A DNA stretch of 64,000 nucleotides from Mobula hypostoma (lineage: Eukaryota), in the NCBI RefSeq assembly GCF_963921235.1, contig NC_086097.1:227418001-227482000 (forward strand), given 5' to 3'. Shown piece after piece: positions 37,900 through 51,099 of the stretch. Made by a program: the position numbers and the translations under genes. The notes under the pieces were generated by a model that saw only the letters and a program-made list of their open reading frames with translations, was not told where the DNA came from and made no database searches. Every line of letters starts with the position of its first letter. Position 1 is the first letter of the stretch.

Positions 37900-38700
37900 A
37901 AACACAAGAACATCTACAGATGCTGGAAATCCAAAACAACACACACACAAAGTGCTGGAGGAACTCAGCAGGTTAGGCAGCATCTATGAAAATAGTCAAT
38001 GTTTTGGGACTGGAAAGGAAAGAGGAAGACAGAATAAAAATGTAGGGGGAGGGAAAGGAGGATAGATAGAAGGTGATAGGTAAAGTCAGGTGGGTAGGAA
38101 AGGAAAAGGGCTGGAGATGATAGGAGAGGAGAGTGGACCATAGGAGAAAGGGAAGGAGGAGGTACACCAGGGGCAGGTGAGAGGAGGTAAGATACCAGAG
38201 TGGAGAATAGAAAAAGAGAGGAGGGGGAGGGATTTTTTTTGCCAGAAGGCGAAATTGGTATTCATGCCATCAAGTTGGAAGCTATCTAGACGGAATAAGG
38301 TGTTCTTCCACCACCCTGAGGGTGGCCTCATAGTGCCACAAGAAGAGGCCATAGACCAACATAAGATCATAACATATAGGAGCAGAATTAGGCCATTTGG
38401 CCCATCAAGTCTGCTCTGCTATTTCATCATGCCTGATCCAGTTTTCCTCTCAGCCACAGTCTCCTGCCATCTCCCCTTATCCCTTCATTCCCTGACCAAT
38501 CAAGAATCTACCAACCTGTGCCTTAAACATACATAAAGACTTGGTCTCCATAGCTGCCTGTGGCAAAGAATTCCACAGATTCACCAATCTCTGGCTAAAG
38601 AGATTCCTCCTCATCTCCATTCTAAAAGGACATCTCTCTATTCTGAGGCTGTGTCAGAACGAAAATGGGAATGGGAATTAAAATGTTTGTCCACCAGGTA
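37900..38700 (-). mobile_element. Penelope-like 3' fragment interrupted by a CR1 tail (~38358-38655)
   Basis: FRLDSFQLDGMNTNF (GIY-YIG C-terminus, compare 46550-46609) plus pLTR. Confidence 0.8.
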
Positions 38701-38886
38701 CTCTTAGAAGTTTAAGGAGATTTGGCTTGTCATTGAAGACTCTGATGAACTTCAATAGATATAGGGAAAGCTTTCTGAATTGTTGTATCATGGCCGGTAT
38801 GGAAATTTCAATACACAGGAGTGTAAGAGGCTACAGAGAGTAATGGTAAGTGCTGCAGTGGTTCACAAATATTACATATTAACACA

Positions 38887-39052
38887 GGAAATACACACAA
38901 AATGCTGGAGGAACTCAGCAGTCCTGCTGAAGGGTCTCAGCCCAAAACATCGACTGTACTTTTTCCATAGATGCTGCCTGGCCTGCTGAGTTCCTCCAGC
39001 ATTTTGTGTGTGTTTCTTGGATTTTCAGCATCTGCAGATTTTCTATTGTTTG
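38887..39052. mobile_element. Asymmetric fold-back Penelope pLTR insertion with a degenerate hammerhead core
   Basis: acacacaaaatgctggaggaactcagcag / ctgctgagttcctccagcattttgtgtgt; atattaacaca repeated at 38876-38886 and 39065-39075. Confidence 0.82.
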
Positions 39053-40779
39053 TGATGGTTTTAAATATTAACACATTTAGATCAGGGTTACAAATGATGT
39101 TTCGAAAATGTATTAACACAATATATTACAATTACCAGGGATTATCATACTAGGAATAGATGTCGTGGCAATTTTGTTTATAGTTTTAAGTGCCTAATTT
39201 GGAAACTAGAACAAGAGCAGGTTTATTTTTAATTACATTTATAATTGTTGATTACAAGTATATCTCCTTGCAAATAATTAGTAAATTTTTCATGTATTTA
39301 AGCAGTTAATTGGCAGAAGAAATTATGCTGTGTATGTAGTAGCTGGGAAGGGATTGTTAACTTTTTTCAAAGGGAAAGCAGTGCTGAAGTGTGTGCGTGC
39401 GTGCATGCGTGTGTAATTTTTGTACTGTTGCTTGAGCATCAATTGACAACAATAAATGAGGTTAGGTAGCTCTATCCCTATTTTTTGACCTGCTACGCAG
39501 CAATACATATAGATGTTGGCATTAACTCAAATAAGCACTGTAAATTTTGCAATCTGTTTAAGCAGTCTGCAGTGAACTTCGGAGTGAGCTTGAGGGGTCT
39601 GTGGATAAGTGCAGCCTGTCCTTTAAATTGAGAATAAAGGGCCCACCACTGATGGGACTTGTGGATCTGAGTAACCCTGCATATTACCACACAATCCGAT
39701 CACAAGGCATTCAAGCCATACTGACGTGGCATGGTGTATTTCTAGCTGTGCTGTAGTTGTTTTACAAAGGTAGCAGAATGTGCCCAAAAGCTCTGGTTTA
39801 TCTTAGTAAGGGAGGAAATGACTGCTAACTTCATTAGCTGCGTGTCTGATACAAGCCAAACATCAGATGCCAAGGTGAATTGTACACAGAAGTGCCGGGG
39901 CCAATTGCCCAATAGGTGTAATTTCACATGGAAATCCATGTAATTTGCACTTTCAGAACACATGTTAATTGATCCAGTTCCTATGTTTAATTGTCATCAC
40001 TCTAGTCTAGTTCTTCTCTCTCACTTTGCCAGCTATTTACAATTCATTCATTTATCCCCCGCTCTCCTTCCTCTGGAACCTCTTGTCCAGCTTCCTCAGC
40101 AATGCCATATTTGAAATAATATCCTCAACTCACAACTGTTTATTATGCTGCATCTGAACTGCCTCGATTTTTATTTCTCCTACTTTGACTGATGTGCTCT
40201 GTTTATCTTCTCCTAATGCAAACAACCTTAAGGCACCTTACTGCAAACGATGAACGTTACTGACACGTAGGTTATTTCTGCTGCTGTTAAATGAAATCTT
40301 GTTATCTCGGTAAAGTTAATCAGTGTGGTTGCAAGCAAAAAGATGAAAATAATGATCCAGGTAAGGTTTCTGTTTAGTGTTGCCTACATCAGAAAATGCT
40401 TTTTCTAACAGTTTACATATTTCCCAACATGCAATGTCTTCTTCCACTCCAATAAGAGTAATTGAGAACAGCAGCGTGTGTTGGTCTTAATCATTCGGCA
40501 GTTACACCAGTCAGGTCCTCAGAGAAAAGAAAATTCCCTCCCTGCCTGCAGAAACTGAAGTGGTGATAAATAATAAGCTAAAAGATGATTTCCATAACCA
40601 GCAAGAAACCTGATAGCCTGTAGGAGGCGGTTATGTTGCCAGTGCATGTCTGCAGGACTGCCAGTAAATCACATTTTCAAAAACATTCTTTCCAGTGGAA
40701 ACAAATTTTAAGGAAGCATGGTCCCTAAAGCACTTTATTGATAGAAGACAGTGAATTGTTTCTGTTCTTTTTGCATTAG

Positions 40780-40882
40780 ATACGAGTGGGCAAATCTCAT
40801 AGCGGAAAAAGTTGAAACTATCGAAGATATGCATAACAGATTGAAAACCAGTGTTCAGTCAATGCAACTCCTGCACCAACAG
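40780..40882 (+). CDS. Host gene internal exon C (YEWANLIAEKVETIEDMHNRLKTSVQSMQLLHQQ)
   Basis: tttctgttctttttgcattag| acceptor, CAG|gtaaaa donor; phase 2 to 0, compatible with exons B and D. Confidence 0.82.
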
Positions 40883-40964
40883 GTAAAAGTACATGGAAAG
40901 ATCCAATTTTAATACAATAATTGATTAAATGCTGAATAAATATTGTTTGATTGCACTAAGTCTT

Positions 40965-41840
40965 AAGGAATTGCACTTTGTGAAGACAAACTGGGGTAGG
41001 ACTTGCACAGTCGATGGTAGGGCAATGAAGACTGTGGTAGAACGAAGGGATCTGGGAATACAGACCCATAATTCCTTGAAAGTAGTGTCACAGGTAGATA
41101 AGGTTGTAAAGAGAGCTTTAGGCACATTTGCCTTCTTAAATTAAAGTGTGGGCCGAATGGCCTTATTCTGCTCCAGATCTTCTGGACTGTGGTCTTATTG
41201 CGCATAGGAATTGGGACATGGTATTGAAGTTGTAATAAGATGTTGGTGAGGCCTAATTTTGAACATTGTGTCCAGCTCTGGTCATCTACCATAGGAAAGT
41301 TATCAATGAGGTTAAAAGTGTGCAGAGAAAATTTACAAGGATTTTGCGAGGCTTTGAGGACCTGAGTTATAGGAAAAGATTGAATAGGTTTGGACTTTAT
41401 TCCCTAGAAAGTAGAAGACTGAGGGGAAATTTGACAGAGGAATACAAAATAGAATGAGTGAATGTGATCAGGCTTGAGGTTAGTTGAGACTAGAACTAGA
41501 GGTTATGGAACAAAGGTGAAAGGTGAAATGTTTAAGGGAAACATGAGGGGGAGCTTCTTCACTCAGAGGGTGATGAGAATGTGGGATGAGCTGCCAGTGG
41601 AAGTGGTGAATGCAGGTTCGATTTCAACTTGTAAGACAAATTTGGATGGATACATGGTGGGAGGGGTATGAAGAGCAATGGTCCTGATGCAGGTCGATGG
41701 GGCTAGGCAGATTAATAGTTCAGCATGGACTAGATGGGCCAAAGGTCCTATTTCTGTGCAGTAGTGTTCGATGACTCTATATTGTTTCACAGTTCTTTAC
41801 AGGAAACCATGATGCTGTAGTACATTTTATGACTCTATGA
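40965..41840 (+). mobile_element. Decayed CR1 3' fragment, same subfamily tail as 8150-8460
   Basis: LHF..N.GR..TV.G, RDLGIQ, VQRKFTR, FFTQRV. Confidence 0.88.
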
Positions 41841-41904
41841 ATGAAGAGTGTTTGTTCTTAGGACTTAATATTCTGATTAACAGAGGACTGACTAAATAGA
41901 TTTG

Positions 41905-42230
41905 CGGTAATACATTAAGAGGAATAGATAGAGTCGATAGCCAGCGCCTCTTCCCCAAGGCACCACTGCTCAATACAAGAGGACATGGCTTTAAGGTAAG
42001 GGGTGGGAAGTTCAAGGGGGATATTAGAGGAAGGTTTTTACTCAAACAGTGGTTGGTGTGTGGAATGCACTGCCTGAGTCAGTGGTGGAGGCAGATACAC
42101 TAGTGAAATTTAAGAGACTACTAGACAGGTATATGGAGGAATTTAAGGTGGGGGGTTATATGGGAGGCAGGGTTTGAGGGTCGGCACAACATTGTGGGCC
42201 GAAGGGCCTGTACTGTGTTGTACTGTTCTA
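41905..42230 (+). mobile_element. CR1 3' end (young subfamily)
   Basis: RGIDRVDSQRLFP..TRGHGFKV; tail ggcacaacattgtgggccgaagggcctgtactgtg. Confidence 0.9.
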
Positions 42231-45200
42231 TATAACGATGACCACTTACCTTGTATAAACCTGAATGAACTAGGCTGTAATCAGTTTATATCACACAAAC
42301 ACCTAAACTTGTAAATGTCCATCTAATTGATACATTTGAAAGTATTTGTTTATCTGTCTGTCATGTGCAGATGCAATAAGATTATGAAAAGAGGTTTCAT
42401 AAAGTAGAATCCACTAATTGGTCTAAGATAGTTTTCTGGAAGGTTAGTTGGAAGGACATTTGTTTGCAGATTGTTTATCTGCTGTTCTTAACTGGAACAG
42501 ATGCATAAGTCTTGTGAGATCATATCTTTTTGTATAAAAGCATTCATAGAGCACAGAAACAGCATAATTATATTTGCCAAAAGGCCACAAAATAGATCAA
42601 ATCAAATCCTTCCAAATAATCCATGATAGCTTTTATGTACATCTGTATAACTCAACATCTCGTCCTAAAGATGGTTTGGGGTTGATGTATAATACAGCCT
42701 TTGTTAATTGCAGAGGTTGCACATGCAGACCACTTCAGAAATTAAATTCCATTGACTTTAATCTGCATCCAAGGAGCAGATGTGGTGACCGTTCTTCCCT
42801 AGCAACCCTTCCCCTCACCTTGATATTAAACTTCCTGTCTACCATAAAAAAGGACCATTAGATAAAAATTGCCCACATGATATAAAGTGTAATTTTTAAA
42901 CAAGGTCTAAACAATCTATCACTTGTACAATTCCTGCCCCATTTCACCATGAGAACAAATCTCCAAGCAGTAGTAAAAATGGAAGAGGAATCTGTTAACA
43001 CTTCTTAATGGATTTGCTGTCCATTCACTTTTCTATCTCTCCCGTCAACCTAATCCAGAGAGCAAAATATAGCTTTAATTTTTTATTGCAGTATTGAAAA
43101 TGTGTACTTCACACTGGTGACCCATTTGTCCAGAACTCCAATAATCATGCACAGAGTGGTGAATGACTGTCCCAGCTCTGAAAAAATATGAACACTGTCA
43201 ATGGTGTAAAGCATTGGTGAAAATGTTGCTTTAAAGTGTTATATAATTTACAAAAATTATGAAACCACGAATTTCAAAATTGCGGTTTTTCAAGAGTTAA
43301 GGTTTATATAAAATGTTTATCTGAGTCCAAAGTTCTTCACTGAGATCAGTATTGGCAATAATTTTGTTTTCTTCTTTATAGTTAAAAGAAATATCAGTAA
43401 AAATTTTACAACTAAAATGCTTTTTTATCCTCCTAATTTTAAATGCTCTTTCATATGATCCAATTGTATTGCTTATAATTCTGTCAGAGACTTAGGTTTA
43501 CATTTAAGTTATTTTCTATTAATTCGGCATATCTGATTTTTGTCTTAAGGTAACAGAATTAGCCTAAGAGAGTTAATACTGCAGCATAGGAAGAAGTCAT
43601 TAGACTGTTTTGGGAATAAGAAGTGAAAGAGACAAGTTGTAAAAGATTCACACTATAGGCCACCTCAGTAATTATCTGACATCTGCAGATGGAGTCAGTT
43701 CTTAATCAAAAGAATGAATCATTACAGATATTGATTCCAACTAAGTTGTTTCAAATAATGAGGCCAGTCAAGTCAGTACAAATTCAGGAGGAAATTTTTG
43801 CAAATTTGACTGCAGAATCTTAGCTTAAATAATACTAAATTACCTAATTTTACATCATTGTTATAATTAAAACAATATAAGGACGGTGTTAGAAAATTTG
43901 GACTATATTCACAGATGAATATGTATAACATTAGGTTTACTATTAAAATATTTAGATGGCTTTTTGAAATCTTTATAAATTGAAATTATTCTTGTAATAT
44001 TGAGGAAATTATAGAATTCAACAACTATCTTGAAATTCATTTCAACCATAATTCCATATTCTATAAACTGTGATGTTTCTCAGTGATACGTTTTTATTTT
44101 TGAAGAAAAGGGCAGAGTCATGTTTTTTTTAAGAATAAGCCTTACCCCAACCATTCTAAATTACATCTGTATGTAATTCAAAATCTGAAGCATAATGAAA
44201 AATAATTTCCTACTCTAGTCTTATTCCTTGTATGCAGGAATGCTTTAATAAATTGTACAACATCTTTTGCCTATTTTAAGATTTAAAGCATCTGTGTGTA
44301 TGGAATGTAAGTCAATTGTTCAGTAAAGTAAGTTCTCAGGTTAAAAAAAACTATCAAAGCACAATGCTGCAACTTAGAGTACCTAAGATTTCCTTCCCTT
44401 AAAGACAAATGTAAAGGCAACTTGAAGAGAGGCCTTTACGTGTTTACAGTCTCACATTATCAGCACCCTTCCCATTAAGATGTACCTTAATATTAGCATC
44501 CTCCATTTTTCCAAATGCTAATTCCCTGCACCAGTTTGTGCACCTTTTATTCCAAAAATTTAAAAATCAGACAAATAAGGGAATGACTGATTTATTCTTT
44601 TAATATACCTTACATTTCCAAAAGAATTTAAAAACCCACATCTTTGCATAGCATTTATTCATTGTGTCCAAATGTATTTTACTATTACAAAATTTATGGT
44701 TTCCTGATAAAGAAAAATGCAAGAAATAAAGGAGGAAATCTGTTGTTAGTGCTTGTGGATGGGAAGGTCGAGAAAGCATGTGCGTCTTTAATTCGAATGG
44801 AAACAAGTTTCAGGTATAGCAATTAAGCAAGGAGACAGAGAAAGAAATATTGCAGAAAGAACAAAAAGAATCTCTGATAAGGTAAAACAGATAACATTAA
44901 GTGGTAAAAGCTATGGAATTGTAAGTCTGAAGGGTGTGGTAATAGGTTTCTGATTCCATTCATTGAGTCCATGAAGGCATAAAAAAGCAATAGCAAGATC
45001 ATTGATATGTAGTGTTCTCCAAAATTAATGGGATGGTGTAATGATCTAAGTTCATTGTTGAGTGAAGGGTGCTGTTTCTCTTATGTGTGGTGAACTTCAA
45101 TAGACTGATGTCAGTGACTTAGGGCAGAGTGCCTTTAGCTTGGTGTTTCACAGAGGAAGACCGTAACAGAGATTTAACGTATAGCATTAACCCAACGTGT

Positions 45201-45579
45201 GAAGCTTTTCCTCTGAGTCTGCGATATGGGCAACAATTATTACTGAAAGAAGTACAAGTAAATTGTTTCACCTGGCAGGAAGGTTTGAAATGATGGGCAA
45301 TGGGAAGACAGAAAGTAAAATGACATCTCCTATTGTTGCAGGAGTAAGTGTCAGAGCATGTGGGTGGTAAATGGGTGGTCCACTCACAATGTCAAGGGGG
45401 AGAAAATATGTTTGGTGGTTTTGTGTTGTTAAAGGCAGAGGATAATCTATTGAATATGAGCATAAATAGGAGCAAAAAACGGCTATATTCTTACTTGGTC
45501 ATCCTCTACCATTTGGTAAGGTCATGTCCAATTTAAACTTTGGTCTCAAGGTTTTCCTGTCTGATCCAATTACCCTGGG

Positions 45580-47230
45580 ATCAAAGTTCGAAGTAAATTT
45601 TATTCTCAGAGTACAAATAGGTCACTGCATACAACCCTGAAATTAATTTTCCTGTGAACATACTCAGTAAATCTATAGAATAATAACAATAACATGATCA
45701 ATGGAAGATCAAGTAGCGTACAGAAGATAACAAACTCTGCAAATGCAAATATAAATAAATTGCTAGAGATAACAATAACATGAAATAACAAGATAAAGAG
45801 TCCTTAAAGTGAGATCATTAGTTATGGGAACATCTCAATTGATGGGCAAACGAGTGTAGTTATCATCTTTTGTTCAAGAGCCTGATGGTAACTGTTCTTG
45901 AGCCTGGAGATGCAAGCCCTGAAGCTCTTGTCCCTTCTACCTAATGGCAGCAGTGAGAAAAGAGCATGGATGGTGAGGAACGCAGCATCTCTAGGAAGAG
46001 GTACATTCGACGTTTCAGGCCGAGGTTCTTCGTCAGGACTAACTGAAAGAAGAGCTAGTAAGAGATTTGAAAGTGTGAGGGGGAGGGGGAGATCCAAAAT
46101 GACAGGAGAAGACAGGAGGGGGAGGGATGGAGCCAAGAGCTGGAGAGTTGATTGGCAAAAGGGATATGAGAGAATCATGGGTGATATACTGCGTTCGGAT
46201 CCCGATGTGGCCTTCTATATATTGGCGAGACCCAACGCAGACTACTAGACAGGTATATGGAGGAATTTAAGGTGGGGGGTTATATATGGGAGGCAGGGTT
46301 TGAGGGTCGGCACAACATTGTGGGCCAAAGGGCTTGTACTGTGCTGTACTATTCTATGTTCTATGTTTGATGTTCAGACTGGGAGATTGTTTCGCTGAAC
46401 ACCTATGCTCTGTCCACCAGAGAAAGCAGAATCTCCCAGTGACCACACATTTTAATTCCATATCCCATTCCCATTCTGATACGTCTATCCACGGCCTCCT
46501 CCACTGTAAAGATGAAGCCACACTCAGGTTGGAGGAACAACACCTTATATTCCGTCTGGGTAGCCTCCAACCTGATGGCATGAACATTGACTTCTCTAAC
46601 TTCCGCTAATGCCCCACCTCCCCCTCGTACCCCATCCTTTATTTATTTCTATACACACAATCTTTTTCTCTCTCTCGTTTTTCTCCCTCTGTCCCTCTCA
46701 CTATACCCCTTGCCCATCCTCTGGGTTCCCCCCCCCCTTTTCTTTCTCCCTAGGCCTCCTGTCCCATGATCCTCTCATATCCCTTTTGCCAATCACCTGT
46801 CCAGCTCTTGGCTCCATCCCTCCCCCTCCTGTCTTCTCCTTTCATTTTGGATCTCCCCCTCCCCCTCCCACTTTCAAATCTCTTACTAGCTCTTCTTTCA
46901 GTTAGTCCTGACGAAGGGTCTCGGCCCAAAACGTTGACTGTACCTCTTCCTAGAGATGCTGCCTGGCCTGCTGCATTCACCAGCAACTTTGATGTGTGTG
47001 GCTTGAATTTCCAGCATCTGCAGATTTCCTCGTGTTTATGGATGGTGAGGATCTCTGATGATGGATGCTGTTTTCCTCGACAGTGTTTCATGTAGATGTG
47101 TGCAATGGTTGGGAGGGCTTTACCCATGATGTACTAGGCCAAATCCACTACCTTCCGTAGGGTTTTCCATTCAAAGGTATTGGTGTTTCCATACCAGGCT
47201 GTGATGCAGATAGTCACTACACTCTCCACT
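45580..47230 (-). mobile_element. Rex1-type 3' fragment split by a Penelope insertion
   Basis: Colinear with 22325-22900 on both sides of 45980-47037. Confidence 0.85.
45980..47037 (+). mobile_element. 5'-truncated Penelope-like element: inverted partial pLTR, GIY-YIG endonuclease end, pLTR; 14-bp TSD
   Basis: YIGETQR|RLGDCFAEHL..PVTTHFN..LEEQHLIFRLGSLQPDGMNIDFSNFR*; atggatggtgagga at 45966-45979 and 47038-47051; a CR1 tail is inserted at 46244-46374 with cagact duplicated. Confidence 0.93.
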
Positions 47231-47739
47231 GATGCTGTTATTGAGAAATCTAACTATTAAAGCCTTGAAATAAAAAATAACAAGGTGACTTGACATACAA
47301 AGAATTCCAAAAATCCAGAGCCACAGAAGAAAAGAATTTCTCATCAGGTGACAATAGTGACCACTAATCTTACGACAATGGTCCCTACCTCTAGATTCTA
47401 CCTATCAAGAAAAGCATTATCAGAGCAATGATGCTGTGAAACTCTCACAGAATCACTCAAGCTTCAGAGAAATCACGTATCATTCTTCTAAACTCCACTT
47501 ATTATAGTCTAATTCTAATCAATCTGTTCTCATGGGGTAATCTTCTCATCCAGGAATTAATTTGCAGAACCTTCACTCTATTATCCAATGTAAACCCATC
47601 TTTCTTTAATTAAGAAGAACAAAACTTATGTCATATTCCATGTGCGATCTACTCAAATTAGATAATAAAGTGTTTTGTACTGTATACTCTTTGCAATTAA
47701 AGGCTATATAACATACTGATTGGTATTGTACCCACCTGT

Positions 47740-49270
47740 TAACATAGAAACATAGAAAACATACAGCACAATACAGGCCCTTCAGCCCACAATGTTGTGC
47801 CGAACCCATAGCCCTCTATTTTTCAAAGCTCCATGTACCTATCCAGGAGTCTACACTATCCACAACACCACCAACCTTTGTGTCATCAGAAAATTGACTA
47901 ACCCATCTCTCCACTTCCTCATCCAGGTCATTTATAAAAATCACAAAGAGAGGGGGTCCCAGAACAGATCTCTGAGGCACACCACTGGTCACCATCCTCC
48001 ATGCAGAATATGACTGGTCTACAACCACTCTTTGCCTTCTGTGGGCAAGCCAGTTCTGGATCCACAAAGCAATGTTCCCTTAGATCCCATGCCTCCTTAC
48101 TTTCTCAATAAGCCTTGCATGGGCTATCTTATCAAATGCCTTGCTGAAATCCATATACACTACATCTACTGCTCTACCTTCATCAACTCTCTACCCTTCT
48201 GCCTCTCCTAATTTCATTCTTAAATTCCTTCCTGCTAGGTTTATAATTTTCTACAACTCTATCATTACCTAGTTTTTTGAATCTTTCATAAGCTTTTCTT
48301 TTCTTGACTAGATTTTCAACTGCCTTTGTACACCACAGTTCCTGTACCCCACCATCCTTTCCCTGTCTCATTGGAACGTACCTATGCAGAACGCCATGCA
48401 AATATCCCCTGAACATTTGCCACATTTCTGCCGTACATTTCTCTGAGAACATCTGCTTCCAATTTATGCCTCCAAGTTCCTGCCTGATAGCTTCATATTC
48501 CCCCTTACTCCAATTAAACACTTTCCTAACTTGTCTATTCCATCCCTCTCTAAAGCTATGGTGATCACTATCTCCAAAATGCTCTCCCACTGAGAGACCT
48601 GACACCTGACCAGGTTCATTTTGCAATACCAGATCAAGTACAGCCTCTCCTCTTGTAGGCTGATCTACGTACTGTGTCAGGAAACCTTACGGAACACACC
48701 TAACAAACTCCACCCCATCTAAACCCCTTGCTCTAGGGAGATGCCAATCAATATTTCGGAAATTAAAATCTCACACCATAACAACTCTGTTATTATTACA
48801 CCTTTCCAGAATCTGTCTCCCTATCTGCTCCTCGATGTCCCCATTACTGTTTGGTAGTCTATAAAAACCACCCAGTCAAGTTATTAATTTCTTCCTGTTT
48901 CTAACTTCCCCCTCAGAAACTCAGTATGACAATCCCTCCATGACTTCCTCCTTTTCTGCAGCCATGACACTATCTCTGATCAACAGTGCTACACCCCCAC
49001 CTCTTTTGCCTCCTTCCCTGTCCTTTCTGAAACATCTAAAGCCTGGCACTCTAAGTAACTATTCCTGCCCCTGAGCCATCCTAGTCTCTGTAATAGCCAC
49101 AATATCATAGCTCCAAGTACTGATCCATGCTCTAAACTCATCCGCTTTGTTCATGATACTCCTTACATTAAAATAGGCACATTTCAAACCATCAGTCAAT
49201 CTCTATCACCTGCCTCTCACACCGCCTACAAGCTTTCTGTATTTGTGAGCCAACCGCCCCTCCCTACGTC
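47740..49270 (-). mobile_element. CR1 copy with several internal deletions (APE, linker, RT pieces, 3' tail)
   Basis: [35 protein letters not shown]; abrupt junctions at ~47806, ~47851 and ~48187. Confidence 0.88.
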
Positions 49271-49754
49271 TCTTCAGTTCGGTTTCCGATAACATTGCAG
49301 ATATCTCTCAACACTAACATTAAATAGCCTCACATCATTTAAGTGTATTTGTCCATTCTTCCAGTGTTGCATTTCCCACATTTTTTCCTATTTGTCATTT
49401 TGTTGCCCATTCACTTCAACTGTCTGCACCTTTTTTGCAGGCTCTTCATGTCTTCCTCATCAAAATATTTCACATCTATCTTTATGTCATCAGCAAATGT
49501 ATAATAAGATTCAAGCCCTTCATCTAGAACAGTAATGTAGGTTATAAATAGCTATATCATTTTGGAAGGTGGCATCATCAGAGCAGATACAAAGCTGATG
49601 AGAACGCTATGAGAAGGAAAATGAGTGTAGGAAGTGCCATAGAGAAAGTGAAAGCAAAGTAGCGGGGACCGAGATGATTGTTAGTCTATAGCCTATCACC
49701 AGAGACAAGTTAATAAATAGAAGAGGAGACAGAGATGGTCCATGTTTAGTTACT

Positions 49755-50053
49755 CATTTATTTGGAGGTACAGCATGGAAGAGGCCCTGCTGGCCTAATA
49801 AGTCGTGCTACCCAGCAACCCACTTATTTAACCCTAGCCTAATCACAGGACAATTTCCAGTAACTAATTAACCTACTAACCAGTACATTTTTGGACTATG
49901 GGAGGAAACTGGAACACCCGGAGCAAACCAGAGTACCCGGGGGAAACCTATGGAGAGAGCATACAAACTCCTTACAGAGGATGCCGGAACTGAGCTCCGA
50001 ACTCTAACACTCTGAGCTGTAAATAGCATCGTGCTAACCATTACACTACCATG
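49755..50053 (-). mobile_element. tRNA-derived V-SINE (HE1-like)
   Basis: Minus strand: tRNA-like head ggtagtgtaatggttagcac..ggagtt, V-domain-like ttcctcccatagtccaaaaatgtac, AT-rich tail. Confidence 0.8.
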
Positions 50054-51099
50054 AATATACTTGTTGAAAAAGTGGGTTTATATATGACTTTACTTTAATA
50101 TAAAGTTAAAAATATCATTTTCATATTTATAAATATATACTTAAACTATATTGTGTTAGTTTCAGAGTAAGCAATGTTTCATCCCATTCTGTGAAATATG
50201 TGAATGTATTAACCTCAGATCAAATAATCCTGTTTTCTCCATTTCAATGTTGCCTTGAAAAATGAGCAGAAATAACTAGTGTACATGGTCCCAACTGCTT
50301 TGAAAGTTTTCGCAAACTTCCAAGAATATCTGTCCCCAGACACCATCTGCTGGATGTTAAACCTTATTACAATATTTGAATAAAAATGTTCATATGTCAA
50401 TAAATTGGAATTGTTAGCAGTCAGTTTTTATGTACTCCAAGAGCTGCTAGGGAGGAATTGTGCCATGCAGCAGATAAGATAGAATGCCTGTGCAAATTGG
50501 CTGACTTCTTGCAATATGGCATCCGCCCTTGCTTAAGCATGGTTAGTGAACCATCTTTGTTTTAACCGAGAGAAGCAAATGGTGATGCTTAAGCACCACC
50601 TGCCAGTGATGAGAAAATAAGGAGAACATGTGTCTTTTTGATCAGGAATGCAGGCTTCTCCACAGTGAAGTTTATATAGTACATCTCAACAATCCTGTAC
50701 ACCAGAAGCAAAAAGGATTCACTGCCCTGAAATTATAGTTGCTTTGTGACTATAACTATTACTCATGAAGGTCAATGCTTGGATTATTACAGTAATTTGT
50801 CCATTCCTCTGCAATCCGAAATCAAAGTGACTAGGTCATTACATGGGCTATCTGTTGATGCTGTTTCTTATACACTGCATGTGGACAATAAAACATGCCG
50901 AATGCAGTCACGATCTGGTGCTGGGTAGTGATACACCATCTGTACAAACCACTGAGAACATTGCATTCAGTTTTTAATGCTGCCCATCACAAAGGATATA
51001 TTGACCTATATTTTGGCTAAAGCACCATTTGCCATTAACCAAGGTGCGCGTCCAGTGGCAGTGGGCCCTCCAGCTCCAACTAATGGTGCAATTGTTTGT

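Noticed and set aside
40324..40360. Strong CAG|gtaagg donor as an extra exon
   Set aside because: Poor acceptor, and 37 nt would break the frame between exons B and C.
44814..44881. Purine-rich AG..GT segment as an extra host exon
   Set aside because: It is 68 nt, and the required phase 0 gives an immediate stop (GTA TAG).
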